Below are positions 27,462 through 36,398 of a stretch of DNA of 48,542 nt, in pieces. How positions within the stretch are numbered: the stretch's first letter is position 1; the number at the start of each line of letters is the position of its first letter. The position numbers and the translations under genes were made by a program. The notes under the pieces are model-generated. The model was not told where the DNA came from. It saw only the letters and a list, made by a program, of their open reading frames with translations, and did not search any database. The stretch lies in contig JAQUBQ010000002.1 in the NCBI GenBank assembly GCA_028686615.1, forward strand, positions 1 to 48,542, written 5' to 3'. The DNA comes from Clostridia bacterium. GTDB lineage: Bacteria > Bacillota > Clostridia > TANB77 > CAG-465.

Positions 27462-29702
27462 CTAACCTATATATCCTGGATTATTTGTTACCGTAAGAAG
27501 TACATTTTTATTCTTTATTTTATCATATTTTGAAAGATTTTCATATACTACTTTTAAACTTTCATTAGAAATTATGAGTTTTAATAGTATTTGAACTCTA
27601 TATTTGTTACTTATTTTTTGAATAAATGGTGCTTTTGGAGAATAAACCTTGTATGTAATTTCATTCTTTTTAAATATTTCATATAACTTTTCGCATTCTT
27701 TCATCATTAATATTTTATCCATACTTGATAATTCTAAAAGCATTAGGTCTGTAAATGGAGGATAATTAAGTAATTCCCTATACTCTATTTCTTGTTCATA
27801 AAAATCTTCATAAGAATTGTTCTCTACACACTTTAGAACATATGAATCCATATCATATGCTTGAAGTATTACCCTGCCTTTTTTACTCCCTCTACCTGCT
27901 CTTCCTGACACTTGCAATAGATTTTGAAATGCCTTTTCATTAGATATAAAATCATTCCCTGCAAATGTATTGTCAACATTTATTACTCCAACAAGTGTAA
28001 CATTTTCTATATCATGTCCTTTGCTTATCATCTGTGTTCCAATAAGGATATCTGCATTTCCCTCTTTAAAATCATTAAGTATTTCTTCATGTGAACCCCT
28101 TTTTATTGTTGTGTCCATATCCATTCTTGCAATTTTAGCCATGGGAAAGACTTCTTTTATCTTTTCTTCAATGTTTTGAGTTCCTGTTCCTCCAAGGGCA
28201 AGCTTTTTTCCATTACATTTTGGACATTCCTTAACAGTATTTTTTGTAAAGGAACAATAGTGGCATAATAAAAGTTTAGATTTTTTGTGATATGTTAAAT
28301 TTACATCACAATTTATACATTTTAAAATTACCCCACAATCTTTACATGTAACATATGATGAAAATCCTCTACGATTTATAAATAAAAAAGTCTGTTCTTT
28401 TCTTTTTAAATTTTCTTCTATTTCTTCTTTTAATCTATTACTTAAATTATGATTTCCTAATAACCTTTCTTCTTTCATATCAACTGTTATTATATCTGGT
28501 TCTTTAGCAGCTCCTGGTCTTTTATCTAAATTATAATAGTCTATCTTATTAGTTTTAGCCTTGTACATTGTAGTGATATCAGGAGTAGCTGTTCCCAGCA
28601 TTAAACACGCATTATATTCATTTGCAATAAAACTTGCTACATCCCTTGTAACATATTTAGGTTTAGTAAAAGAAGTATAACTAGAATCGTGTTCTTCATC
28701 TATTATAATTAAGCCTAAATTACTAATAGGAGCAAACAGCGCTGAGCGTGGCCCTATAACTATTTTTGTTTCATTGTTTTTAATTTTTCTCCATTCTACT
28801 TTTCTTTCTAGTAAAGTCATTTTACTATGAAGTACTGATACAATTTCTCCAAACCTTGATTTAAACCTTTGCTTTGTTTGGTGAGTCAGAGCTATTTCTG
28901 GAACAAGAACAATTGCTCCTTTATTAAGTGATAAACACTTTTCTATTATTTGTAAATACACTTCTGTTTTCCCACTTCCAGTAACTCCGTGCAATAAAGA
29001 TACATTATATTCATTTTTTTCTAATTTTATATTCATGTCCTTAATTATCGTTTGTTGAGCACTTGTAGGGTTAAGTTTTTTAGTTTTTTCAATATACTCT
29101 TCATTTTCTTCTATAATTTCTTTTGTAATAACTTCAACATAATTATGCTTTTCTAAAGTTGAAATTATAGCTCTAGATATTCCTAAATTATTTATTATAT
29201 CTGCAAGTTCAGCTTCTAAATATTCCTCTAAAAATCTCAATAATTTTATTTGCTTAGGACTAGTTATTTTTTCTGTAAATATGTCATGCTCTATTTCATC
29301 TATTGATTTACTTAATAATACTACTTTTCTCTGTTTACCTACTAGTTTTTTGCTTTTCTTTGTACCACTAGTTCCAGGTGGGAGCATTAACTTTAATGCT
29401 TCATAAACATTACAAAAATACATCTTTGAAATCCATTTTCCTATCTTAAGTCTAGTCCCGTCTAAATAACTTTCAGTATCTAGAATTGCTGTTAATGGTT
29501 TTAACTTATTAATATCTACATCTTCTTTTTCCTTTTTAAGTTTTACTACTATTCCTTCAATGTCTGTACCCTTACCTTTACCAAAATTTACTTCTACTCT
29601 CATTCCCACTTTTATATCTTCTTGCATATCAATTGGAACAATATAATCATATACCTTATTTAAATTTTTAACTGTTCTATCAACTAAAACTTTTGCTATC
29701 AT
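27462..29702 (-). CDS. priA: primosomal replication-restart helicase PriA
   Basis: Walker A HGVTGSGKT, DEEH box and Cys-rich zinc insert (CKDCG..CINCD..CHYC..CPKC). The preferred start is ATG 29702 behind AGGAGGTG; the track start at 29741 is upstream of that RBS. Confidence 0.95.
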   Translation of the reverse strand: MIAKVLVDRTVKNLNKVYDYIVPIDMQEDIKVGMRVEVNFGKGKGTDIEGIVVKLKKEKEDVDINKLKPLTAILDTESYLDGTRLKIGKWISKMYFCNVYEALKLMLPPGTSGTKKSKKLVGKQRKVVLLSKSIDEIEHDIFTEKITSPKQIKLLRFLEEYLEAELADIINNLGISRAIISTLEKHNYVEVITKEIIEENEEYIEKTKKLNPTSAQQTIIKDMNIKLEKNEYNVSLLHGVTGSGKTEVYLQIIEKCLSLNKGAIVLVPEIALTHQTKQRFKSRFGEIVSVLHSKMTLLERKVEWRKIKNNETKIVIGPRSALFAPISNLGLIIIDEEHDSSYTSFTKPKYVTRDVASFIANEYNACLMLGTATPDITTMYKAKTNKIDYYNLDKRPGAAKEPDIITVDMKEERLLGNHNLSNRLKEEIEENLKRKEQTFLFINRRGFSSYVTCKDCGVILKCINCDVNLTYHKKSKLLLCHYCSFTKNTVKECPKCNGKKLALGGTGTQNIEEKIKEVFPMAKIARMDMDTTIKRGSHEEILNDFKEGNADILIGTQMISKGHDIENVTLVGVINVDNTFAGNDFISNEKAFQNLLQVSGRAGRGSKKGRVILQAYDMDSYVLKCVENNSYEDFYEQEIEYRELLNYPPFTDLMLLELSSMDKILMMKECEKLYEIFKKNEITYKVYSPKAPFIQKISNKYRVQILLKLIISNESLKVVYENLSKYDKIKNKNVLLTVTNNPGYIG

Positions 29703-29772
29703 ATACCCACCTCCTGTTTTTATTCTTCTCTTATATACCAATTAGGAACTAGCATGAGATTGATGCCAGTTC

Positions 29773-30342
29773 CTAATTTCTTTTTTCTTTCCATTTTAAA
29801 AATTCTTCAATGATATAATCTGCCATCTCGTTTGTTGTGAGATTAGATGAATCAAAAATTAAATCATAATTCTTTTCTTCCCATATATCTATGTTATATT
29901 CTTCTAAATATCTTTCTCTTTCATAATTTTGTCTTTTTGTTATAGCCTCTTTTGCTTCTTCAACACAGCTATATTTATCTTCTATATTTCTATTCTCAGA
30001 ATCAGATACTAATCTTTTGCTTGCAATGTCTATATCTACTTTTATAAATACTTTAAAGGAATCTTTTTCAAAAAACCATGCAAGCCTAGAATCTACTATT
30101 ACATTATCTGCATTTTTTAAAAATTCTATTAACTTTTCATCTATCTTTTTATCTATGCATGAATTATCTTTTATATATTCATTAAAGCTTGCAAGATCCA
30201 TCCCTGATTTTCTAGCAAGCTCCCTAAACCCATAACTCGCTGAATATATACCCATATTCAACCTTTTAGCAATTATTTTTACAACCCTTGATTTTCCTCC
30301 TGCAATATGACCATTAATTGTAATCATATTCTTTTTTTTCAT
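29773..30342 (-). CDS. P-loop nucleoside/nucleotide kinase-like protein (cytidylate-kinase-like family)
   Basis: ITINGHIAGGKS P-loop. Its ~185-aa size and layout resemble small NMP-kinase-like proteins. The family assignment is tentative. Confidence 0.5.
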   Translation of the reverse strand: MKKKNMITINGHIAGGKSRVVKIIAKRLNMGIYSASYGFRELARKSGMDLASFNEYIKDNSCIDKKIDEKLIEFLKNADNVIVDSRLAWFFEKDSFKVFIKVDIDIASKRLVSDSENRNIEDKYSCVEEAKEAITKRQNYERERYLEEYNIDIWEEKNYDLIFDSSNLTTNEMADYIIEEFLKWKEKRN

Positions 30343-30343
30343 C

Positions 30344-30547
30344 TTATTCTTCTATCTCCTTAACGATTTTTATTTTATCTTGTTCTAATTCAATCGCTGC
30401 AATGTCAACCGGATCTTTAATGTCTTCGTTGTCTTCTTCTAATCTTTTTTTAGCAATTTGTCTTGCTCTTTTTGCAACTGCAAGAGATATTTTGTATCTA
30501 TTTTCAGCCTTATCTTTTAATTCACTTATATTCGGTTTTGATAACAT
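30344..30547 (-). CDS. rpoZ: DNA-directed RNA polymerase subunit omega
   Basis: 67 aa with the ..NRYKISLAVAKRARQI.. core typical of RpoZ. It sits upstream of priA in the conserved neighbourhood. Confidence 0.9.
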   Translation of the reverse strand: MLSKPNISELKDKAENRYKISLAVAKRARQIAKKRLEEDNEDIKDPVDIAAIELEQDKIKIVKEIEE

Positions 30548-30620
30548 ATTTTCCTCCTAATTTTTTTCTATTTACTAATATATATAGTACCATAATAAAT
30601 GTTTTTATGCAAGAATATCT

Positions 30621-30657
30621 TAAGAGAAAAAGAACCAAGTTTTAACCTGGTTCTTTT
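30621..30657 (-). terminator. putative terminator after the ClpX-like gene
   Basis: 10-bp stem: AAAAGAACCA (30628-30637) pairs with TGGTTCTTTT (30648-30657). On the minus strand the 3' arm ends in a T-run. Confidence 0.45.
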
Positions 30658-30663
30658 AACTTT

Positions 30664-31998
30664 TTAAGATAGAATATATTTTTTATTATCTTCGACAATT
30701 CCTTTTAAAAAGCTACATTTTGTGTATTTAGATGGGTTTGTTAAAAGTTCCCTTAAAACATCCCTAAAAACATTTCTAAGAATTTTAGAAATTGCTCTTG
30801 CCCCCATATTTTGTTTAATTGCTTCACTTGCAACATCCTTTACAAAGTTCTCATAAAGTTCAAGTTTAATGTTATTCCTTTCTAGGATTCTCGTTAATTT
30901 TGCAAGTTCTGAAATTTCTCCTTCTACCATTATCCTTTCAAGCAAGCTTTCTGAAACCTCATTCATTTTTATTAATACATTCATTCTTCCTACAAACTCG
31001 GGACTAAGTCCATATTTAACTATATCTTGCGTGTTTATTTCTGGAACACAATCTAAAGTACTTGTTTCATTTACAAATCCAATTTGTTTCTTAGATCTTT
31101 GCTTAGCTATTTCTTCTATGCCAGAGAAAGCTCCTGCAAATATAAACTTAACATTTTTTGTAGAAAATTCTTTTAACTGTCCGTTTACTCTTACTTGATA
31201 ACTGCCATCCTCTGTCATTTTAAGAAGACTTTGAAGTACTCCGACCCCACTTACATCTCTTCCTGTCATTTCTCCTCTTGTTGCCTTTTTATCTATTTCA
31301 TCGATGATTATAATTCCTCTTTCAGCTTTAGATATATCATTCTTTGCTGCTTCTATCAAGTCTTTTATTATTTCACGAACACTTCTTCCAACATAGCCTT
31401 CTTCGGTAAATTCGGTAGCATCTTGTTTAGTACATGGAATGTCTAGTTCTTTTGCTATTTGTTTAATCATTTCCGACTTTCCACTTCCTGTGCCACCCAT
31501 AATTAGCATTACTGTTTTTAATGTGTCTTCTTCTTCAAAATTTCTACTGGGGTTACTTGATTCATGTGAATTATATATCTCCGAAATAGCAGTTCTTACT
31601 TGTTCATCCTGTCCAATTATTCTTTTTAGAATTGTTTTTTCTAATTCAATAATGTTAGGAAGTTCTTTTTGATTTTTTGCGTTTAAATTTTTTTCCTTTT
31701 TCCTTAAGTGCTCTTCGTATAAATCATCAATTTCTAGCTCTCTTTCCTCGTCTTCTTCATCATATTCGAATTCTTCTAGGTAACCACTATCTGCTAGCAT
31801 ATTAATTGCATTTTGATACGCTTCTTCCATCTGGTCTTCCATATCGTCATATAATTCTCCAAGGCAAACATCGCATAGTTTAATTCTGTCATCTTCAACT
31901 ATAAACGGCTCATCTTGTCCATTAAATCCAATCTTTGCCAGTCTTCCACATCTTATACACCGTTTCTTATCAGAAAATTTTTTAAAAAAGTTACGCAT
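30664..31998 (-). CDS. ClpX-like AAA+ unfoldase paralogue (zinc ribbon + acidic linker + AAA+ module)
   Basis: MRNFFKKFSDKKRCIRCG..CDVCLGEL (C4 ribbon), an acidic linker (EEFEYDEEDEERELEIDD), Walker A GGTGSGKS, pore loop EGYVGRS, Walker B IIIIDEIDK and an IGF tripeptide (KQIGFVNE). The preferred start is ATG 31998 behind AAGGGGAG. Codon 13 is an in-frame CGG read in frame 0. Confidence 0.8.
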   Translation of the reverse strand: MRNFFKKFSDKKRCIRCGRLAKIGFNGQDEPFIVEDDRIKLCDVCLGELYDDMEDQMEEAYQNAINMLADSGYLEEFEYDEEDEERELEIDDLYEEHLRKKEKNLNAKNQKELPNIIELEKTILKRIIGQDEQVRTAISEIYNSHESSNPSRNFEEEDTLKTVMLIMGGTGSGKSEMIKQIAKELDIPCTKQDATEFTEEGYVGRSVREIIKDLIEAAKNDISKAERGIIIIDEIDKKATRGEMTGRDVSGVGVLQSLLKMTEDGSYQVRVNGQLKEFSTKNVKFIFAGAFSGIEEIAKQRSKKQIGFVNETSTLDCVPEINTQDIVKYGLSPEFVGRMNVLIKMNEVSESLLERIMVEGEISELAKLTRILERNNIKLELYENFVKDVASEAIKQNMGARAISKILRNVFRDVLRELLTNPSKYTKCSFLKGIVEDNKKYILS

Positions 31999-32158
31999 TA
32001 CAAACTCCCCTTTCAAATTGATATATTTAATTTACTTTAATTAAAATATTTTTACTGCGTTACACTTTAAACGAGTTTGCATACTATTTATGCAGCTAAT
32101 ATATCATAGTTCTGCTTGTTTTTCAATGTTTTATTTTCAAATGTTTGTAATTTGTTTT

Positions 32159-32186
32159 TCATATTAAACATATATTTCCATATATT
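32159..32186 (+). promoter_or_regulatory. possible sigma-E-type sporulation promoter of ylbJ
   Basis: TCATATT, a 13-nt spacer and CATATATT resemble the B. subtilis sigma-E consensus (kmATATT - 14 - CATACAmT, recalled). The spacing is one short and the region is AT-rich, so chance matches are likely. Confidence 0.25.
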
Positions 32187-32203
32187 TATATAAGGGGATT
32201 TAA

Positions 32204-33343
32204 ATGATATTTAACTTTAACAAGATAAAAACATATTTAAAATTAATTTCTTTTTTAAGTATTATATGTATTCCGTTCTTTTTGCTTGTATTTTCTAAAG
32301 AATTTTATAATTTAACCTACTCTACTCTTAACTTGTTTGTAACTATTATTTTCCCTGCTCTTTTTCCTTTCATTTTATTTAGCAACTTTTTTATTATAAA
32401 TGGATATTCAAAAATATTATCTAAAACATTAATTTGTAAACTATTTTCTCGTTTTTTTAATGTTTCATATTTTGGTGCTTCTGCAATAATTCTTGGTTTT
32501 TTATTTGGTTATCCAAATGGAGCAAAATATATAAATTACTTATTTGAAGAAAAAAGAATTTCAAGAAAAGAAGCTAACAATTTACTTTTGTTTACTAACA
32601 ATGGCAGTCCTGCTTATATAATTTCATCCATCGGAATTGGAATATATAAAAGTATGGAAATTGGTTTAATACTGTTTACATCTCATATTTTTGCTTCCAT
32701 TATAATCGGCAAGTTTTCTTCTTATTATAATAAAGAAAAAAAAGAAGATAGTTCTCATGCTTTTATAGAAAGCGATAATATAAAAAGGAAGATAACAATT
32801 TTTGAAAGCCTTGTGCAGTCTATTAAAAATACTGTTTTAACTTTAGAATTAATTTTAGGCTTTATGGTTGTCTTTAATATACTGCATTCTATAATTGTAA
32901 AATTACTTAATATCATTGTTTCAAATAATACTATTAATACAATCTTATTAGCGTTAATGGAAAAAACAAGTGGTATAAGTTTATTTTTCAAACTTGATAT
33001 AGGCTATGGCTTAAAAATTATAATGACATCTATATTTTTAGGATTCAGTTCGTTTTCTATATTGTTTCAAATATATTCTTGTGTTTACAAAAACAAATTC
33101 AGTTTTAAAAACATATTAAAAGGTAAGCTTTTACATGGTATAATCTCAGGTTCCATATCATATGCTTTAATAAAAGTGCCTTATATAAATAAAAGAATAT
33201 ATGAAAGCATTATAGTAAGTAATAATATAGATGTATTTAATAGTAAGCGCTTGTTATCTTTATATTTTACTAACTCAATATTAATTATATTATCTATATA
33301 TGTTTTTATAATCATATTACTAAAAAAGAAACGACTAGAATAA
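32204..33343 (+). CDS. ylbJ: sporulation integral membrane protein YlbJ (nucleoside-recognition/Gate-domain family)
   Basis: 379-aa polytopic membrane protein. The N-terminal region (..FPALFPFILFSNFFI..) and overall layout match YlbJ-type proteins. Identity is from pattern memory. Confidence 0.75.
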   Translation: MIFNFNKIKTYLKLISFLSIICIPFFLLVFSKEFYNLTYSTLNLFVTIIFPALFPFILFSNFFIINGYSKILSKTLICKLFSRFFNVSYFGASAIILGFLFGYPNGAKYINYLFEEKRISRKEANNLLLFTNNGSPAYIISSIGIGIYKSMEIGLILFTSHIFASIIIGKFSSYYNKEKKEDSSHAFIESDNIKRKITIFESLVQSIKNTVLTLELILGFMVVFNILHSIIVKLLNIIVSNNTINTILLALMEKTSGISLFFKLDIGYGLKIIMTSIFLGFSSFSILFQIYSCVYKNKFSFKNILKGKLLHGIISGSISYALIKVPYINKRIYESIIVSNNIDVFNSKRLLSLYFTNSILIILSIYVFIIILLKKKRLE

Positions 33344-33436
33344 TCTAATCGCTTGAAGGGGATAAATTTTAAATATGAGGTCACGTTCATATTATTATCT
33401 TTTTAATAATTTATATACTTTTTAGGAGGTGTTTTT

Positions 33437-33673
33437 TTGGAAAACAAACAATTCTTTGATCCATATAATTTTAATAATACTAATCCAAACATGAATTCTA
33501 TGAATCCTATTAATTCAAATGTAATTGATGAACATAACAATATAATTCCACAGCAAATAAATCCTGCTATGTTTTATGAGCAACAATATTGGTATTACAA
33601 CTATTTAACTAAAATGTTAGAATATAAAATTAAGCTAAAAGAATACGAAGCGTTAAACATAAAAAAACAATAA
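33437..33673 (+). CDS. small Asn/Tyr/Gln-rich hypothetical protein
   Basis: TTG start 6 nt after a strong AGGAGGTG RBS, followed by a terminator hairpin. 78 aa (..FDPYNFNNTNPNMNSMNPINSN..YEQQYWYYNYL..). I recognise no family. Confidence 0.5.
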   Translation: MENKQFFDPYNFNNTNPNMNSMNPINSNVIDEHNNIIPQQINPAMFYEQQYWYYNYLTKMLEYKIKLKEYEALNIKKQ

Positions 33674-33701
33674 GTAATTTATACAATTTAGCATTTATTA
33701 A

Positions 33702-33740
33702 AAAACAGACTATAAACATAAGTTTATAATCTGTTTTTTA
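33702..33740. terminator. bidirectional terminator between the small ORF and rpmB
   Basis: AACAGACTATAAAC pairs with GTTTATAATCTGTT (one mismatch). It is flanked by an A-run and a T-run. Confidence 0.6.
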
Positions 33741-33746
33741 TTTAAA

Positions 33747-33935
33747 TTATACTGCTCTTTCTACTTTTCCTGACTTTAAACATCTCGCACAAACTTTTAC
33801 ACTTTTTACAGTACCTTCATTATTTACTTTTACTGATTGTAAATTTGGTTTTACAGTTCTTGATGTTTTTCTATTTGAGTGACTCACATTCTTTCCAAAT
33901 GTTAATCCTTTTGAGCATACTTCACATTTTGCCAT
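33747..33935 (-). CDS. rpmB: 50S ribosomal protein L28
   Basis: MAKCEVCSKGLTFGKNVSHSNRKTSRTVKPNLQ.. is the canonical L28 sequence pattern. Confidence 0.95.
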   Translation of the reverse strand: MAKCEVCSKGLTFGKNVSHSNRKTSRTVKPNLQSVKVNNEGTVKSVKVCARCLKSGKVERAV

Positions 33936-34013
33936 CTTATGTGCACCTCCTTAAATTTAGACTCTAATCTTTACCTGATATATTGTAACACAGCAAAGTC
34001 TAATAATCAATAG

Positions 34014-35489
34014 TTATATTTTAATTAATATTCCTAAAGCTTGGTTTGATAAATAACTTTTACTATTTGTTTTATGGTCATATCCTCCAGCCATTATAAC
34101 TATATCGTTTGTTTTTAACTTTCCTTGCTCCTTTAGAATATTTATTCCAATAGTAGTAATTTCATCCAAGTTATATACATTAGGTATATATATAGGAGTA
34201 ACTCCCCACTCTAAAGAAAATTGTCTATATGTTTTTTCATTAGCCGTTAATGCATATATAGGACATCCTGGCCTAAGTCCAGAAAGTAATGCTGGTGTTT
34301 GTCCTTTTTCTGATACACTTATTATTGCTTTAGCACCTGCAAACATTGCTGAACTACATAAAGAGAAAGTTATTCTTCTTTTATAACTTACGATGTCTTC
34401 TTCATCTTTTTTTTCTTCTGCGCTAGTATATGGTGTAAACATCTCTATGTTTCTTTTCTTTAATCTGTTCCATTACTTAATTGTATTTTCAATAGTTTCA
34501 GAGATTCCATTCATCATTTTAATACATTCTACAGGGTAATCTCCTAAAGCTGTTTCACCAGATAACATTATAGCACTGCTAGAGTCATATATTGCATTTG
34601 CAACGTCTGATACTTCCGCTCTTGTTGGCCTAGGACTATGTATCATGGATTCTAGCATTTGTGTTGCTGTAATAACTAGTTTTCCGCTTTTATATGCCTT
34701 TTTAATCATATTCTTTTGATTTATTGGAATAAGTTCAAGTGGCATTTCAACACCCATATCTCCTCTTGCAACCATTATTCCATCAGAATGTTCTAATATT
34801 TCTTCAAAATTATCTATTCCTTCTTGATTTTCTATTTTAGATATTATTCTTATTCTTTCTCCACCTATACTTTTTAAATATTCTTTTATTTCTATAACAT
34901 CTGATGCTTTTCTTATAAATGAAGCTGCAATATAGTCTATATCATTTTCTAAACCAAATTTTATATCTGCTTTATCTTGGTCTGTTAGAGCAGGAAGAGA
35001 TAATCTTATTCCTGGTAAATTAACCCCTCTTTTTGATTTTATTGTATCAGAATTTAATATTCTGCATTCTATTTCATTCTCTCTTATTTCTTCTACTAGT
35101 AATTCTATCATTCCATCATTTAACGATATTTGTGAACCCACATTTACATCATTAATAATGTTTTTATATGTAACATATACTTTCCCACAATCACCATTGC
35201 ATTTTTCAGTAGTAAGAATTATGCTTTTACCTTCTTCTAAATAAGCTTCTCCATTATTAAAATCACCCAGTCTTATTTCTGGTCCCTTCGTATCTAATAA
35301 TATTGCTACTCCTTTATTTTGTTCTTTATTGATCTTTTTGATAAGGTTTATCTTTTTTAAATGTTCTTCATGTGTTCCATGAGAGAAATTTAATCTTGCT
35401 ACATCCATTCCTTCGTTTATTAATTTTGTTAACATTTCTTCACTTTCACTTGCTGGTCCAATCGTTGCTACTATTTTTGTTTTTCTCAT
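34014..35489 (-). pseudogene. pyk: pyruvate kinase with in-frame TAA (34475-34473)
   Basis: MRKTKIVATIGPAS.., NFSHG, LDTKGPEIR, MVARGDMGVE, ..ISETIENTIK * WNRLKKRNIEMFTPY.., then the C-terminal domain (..VSEKGQTPALLSGLRPGCPIYALT..). The two ORFs are in the same frame. Confidence 0.9.
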
Positions 35490-35679
35490 TTTTTCCTCCT
35501 AAATTCTGATTATTGTTTATGTTGTCTTTGTTTTATATTCCTATATAGTATATGTTATTTTAATATGCTTTGTCAATAATTAAATAAAGTTAAATATAAA
35601 GCAGACTGAATATTTTCTCATAATTATCACACGTACAAACTATCAAACATAATATGCTATATAAATGGAGTGATGATGC

Positions 35680-36018
35680 GTGAATAATGTATGTTTTGCT
35701 ATAGTTGTTAGAGAACAGGCTTGCCAAAATGGTGTTCCTGTTACTTCTGAAAAATCATACTCAAATATTAGTAGTATGGAAAATATACTATTAAATTTTG
35801 GTTACACTCTTACGATATCTTCTTACGGATCATCGAGCATTCTGCTTGCTTTTAATAATCCAACCTTAGGATATCGAATAAACTTTTCTATAACTAATCC
35901 TGGTATTGGTATTTTTGATTTACCAATCGATGGAGGAAGCTATAGAATAACCATATTGTCACAAAAAAGGCCTTGCAACATCTCATGTGTTTGTAATGAT
36001 TGCAATTCTTTAGTCTAA
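35680..36018 (+). CDS. small Cys-rich beta-rich hypothetical protein (112 aa)
   Basis: GTG start 9 nt after GGAG. Cys residues cluster at both ends (MNNVCFAIVVREQAC ... RPCNISCVCNDCNSLV) around a beta-strand-like core (LLNFGYTLTISSYGSSSILLAF..YRINFSITN..SYRITILS). Confidence 0.55.
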   Translation: MNNVCFAIVVREQACQNGVPVTSEKSYSNISSMENILLNFGYTLTISSYGSSSILLAFNNPTLGYRINFSITNPGIGIFDLPIDGGSYRITILSQKRPCNISCVCNDCNSLV

Positions 36019-36035
36019 TATATTGAGGTGGTTTT

Positions 36036-36338
36036 ATGAATAATTTTAATATTGATATAACAATTAGAGATGTCTGTTGTACTAAATGCTGTCGTTCTAT
36101 AAATGAGCGTACAGTCCAGATAACTGACCCTGATAACCTTATACCTCTCCAAGATTGTTATTCTGCACATATAATACCAAGTGGTGATAATAGGGTTTTA
36201 ATAATTATCCAAAAATCTTATTTTTATATAGTTAGATTTGCATATAGTAAAGTAACAACAAGGATTTGTTTGCCTTGTGGTGATAATTGTTGTGAACATG
36301 TATTAGAAATAAAACTAAATGATATTAAGACTAATTAA
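36036..36338 (+). CDS. small Cys-rich hypothetical protein (100 aa), probable distant paralogue of the preceding gene
   Basis: ATG behind GAGGTGG, 17 nt after the previous stop. MNNFNIDITIRDVCCTKCCRS ... CLPCGDNCCEH. It shares the MNN..I..R(E/D)..C start pattern with its neighbour. Confidence 0.55.
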   Translation: MNNFNIDITIRDVCCTKCCRSINERTVQITDPDNLIPLQDCYSAHIIPSGDNRVLIIIQKSYFYIVRFAYSKVTTRICLPCGDNCCEHVLEIKLNDIKTN

Positions 36339-36377
36339 AACTAAGAAATATTGTAATTTAATATTTCTTAGTTTTTT
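36337..36377. terminator. bidirectional rho-independent terminator
   Basis: Perfect 16-bp stem: AAAACTAAGAAATATT (36337-36352) pairs with AATATTTCTTAGTTTT (36360-36375). Confidence 0.75.
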
Positions 36378-36398
36378 AATATGTATATTACATATCTT

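Noticed and set aside
32159-32186. A confident sigma-E promoter call for ylbJ.
   Set aside because: The match is kept only as a low-confidence feature. AT-rich hexamers of this type occur by chance throughout the window, and the spacer is one nucleotide short of the consensus I recall.
18795-34475. TAA reassigned to a sense codon (for example Tyr) as the explanation for the internal stops in pfkA and pyk.
   Set aside because: TAA terminates the large majority of well-defined genes in this window at positions matching the normal protein ends, so a global reassignment is not tenable. Only local readthrough, mutation or error remain.
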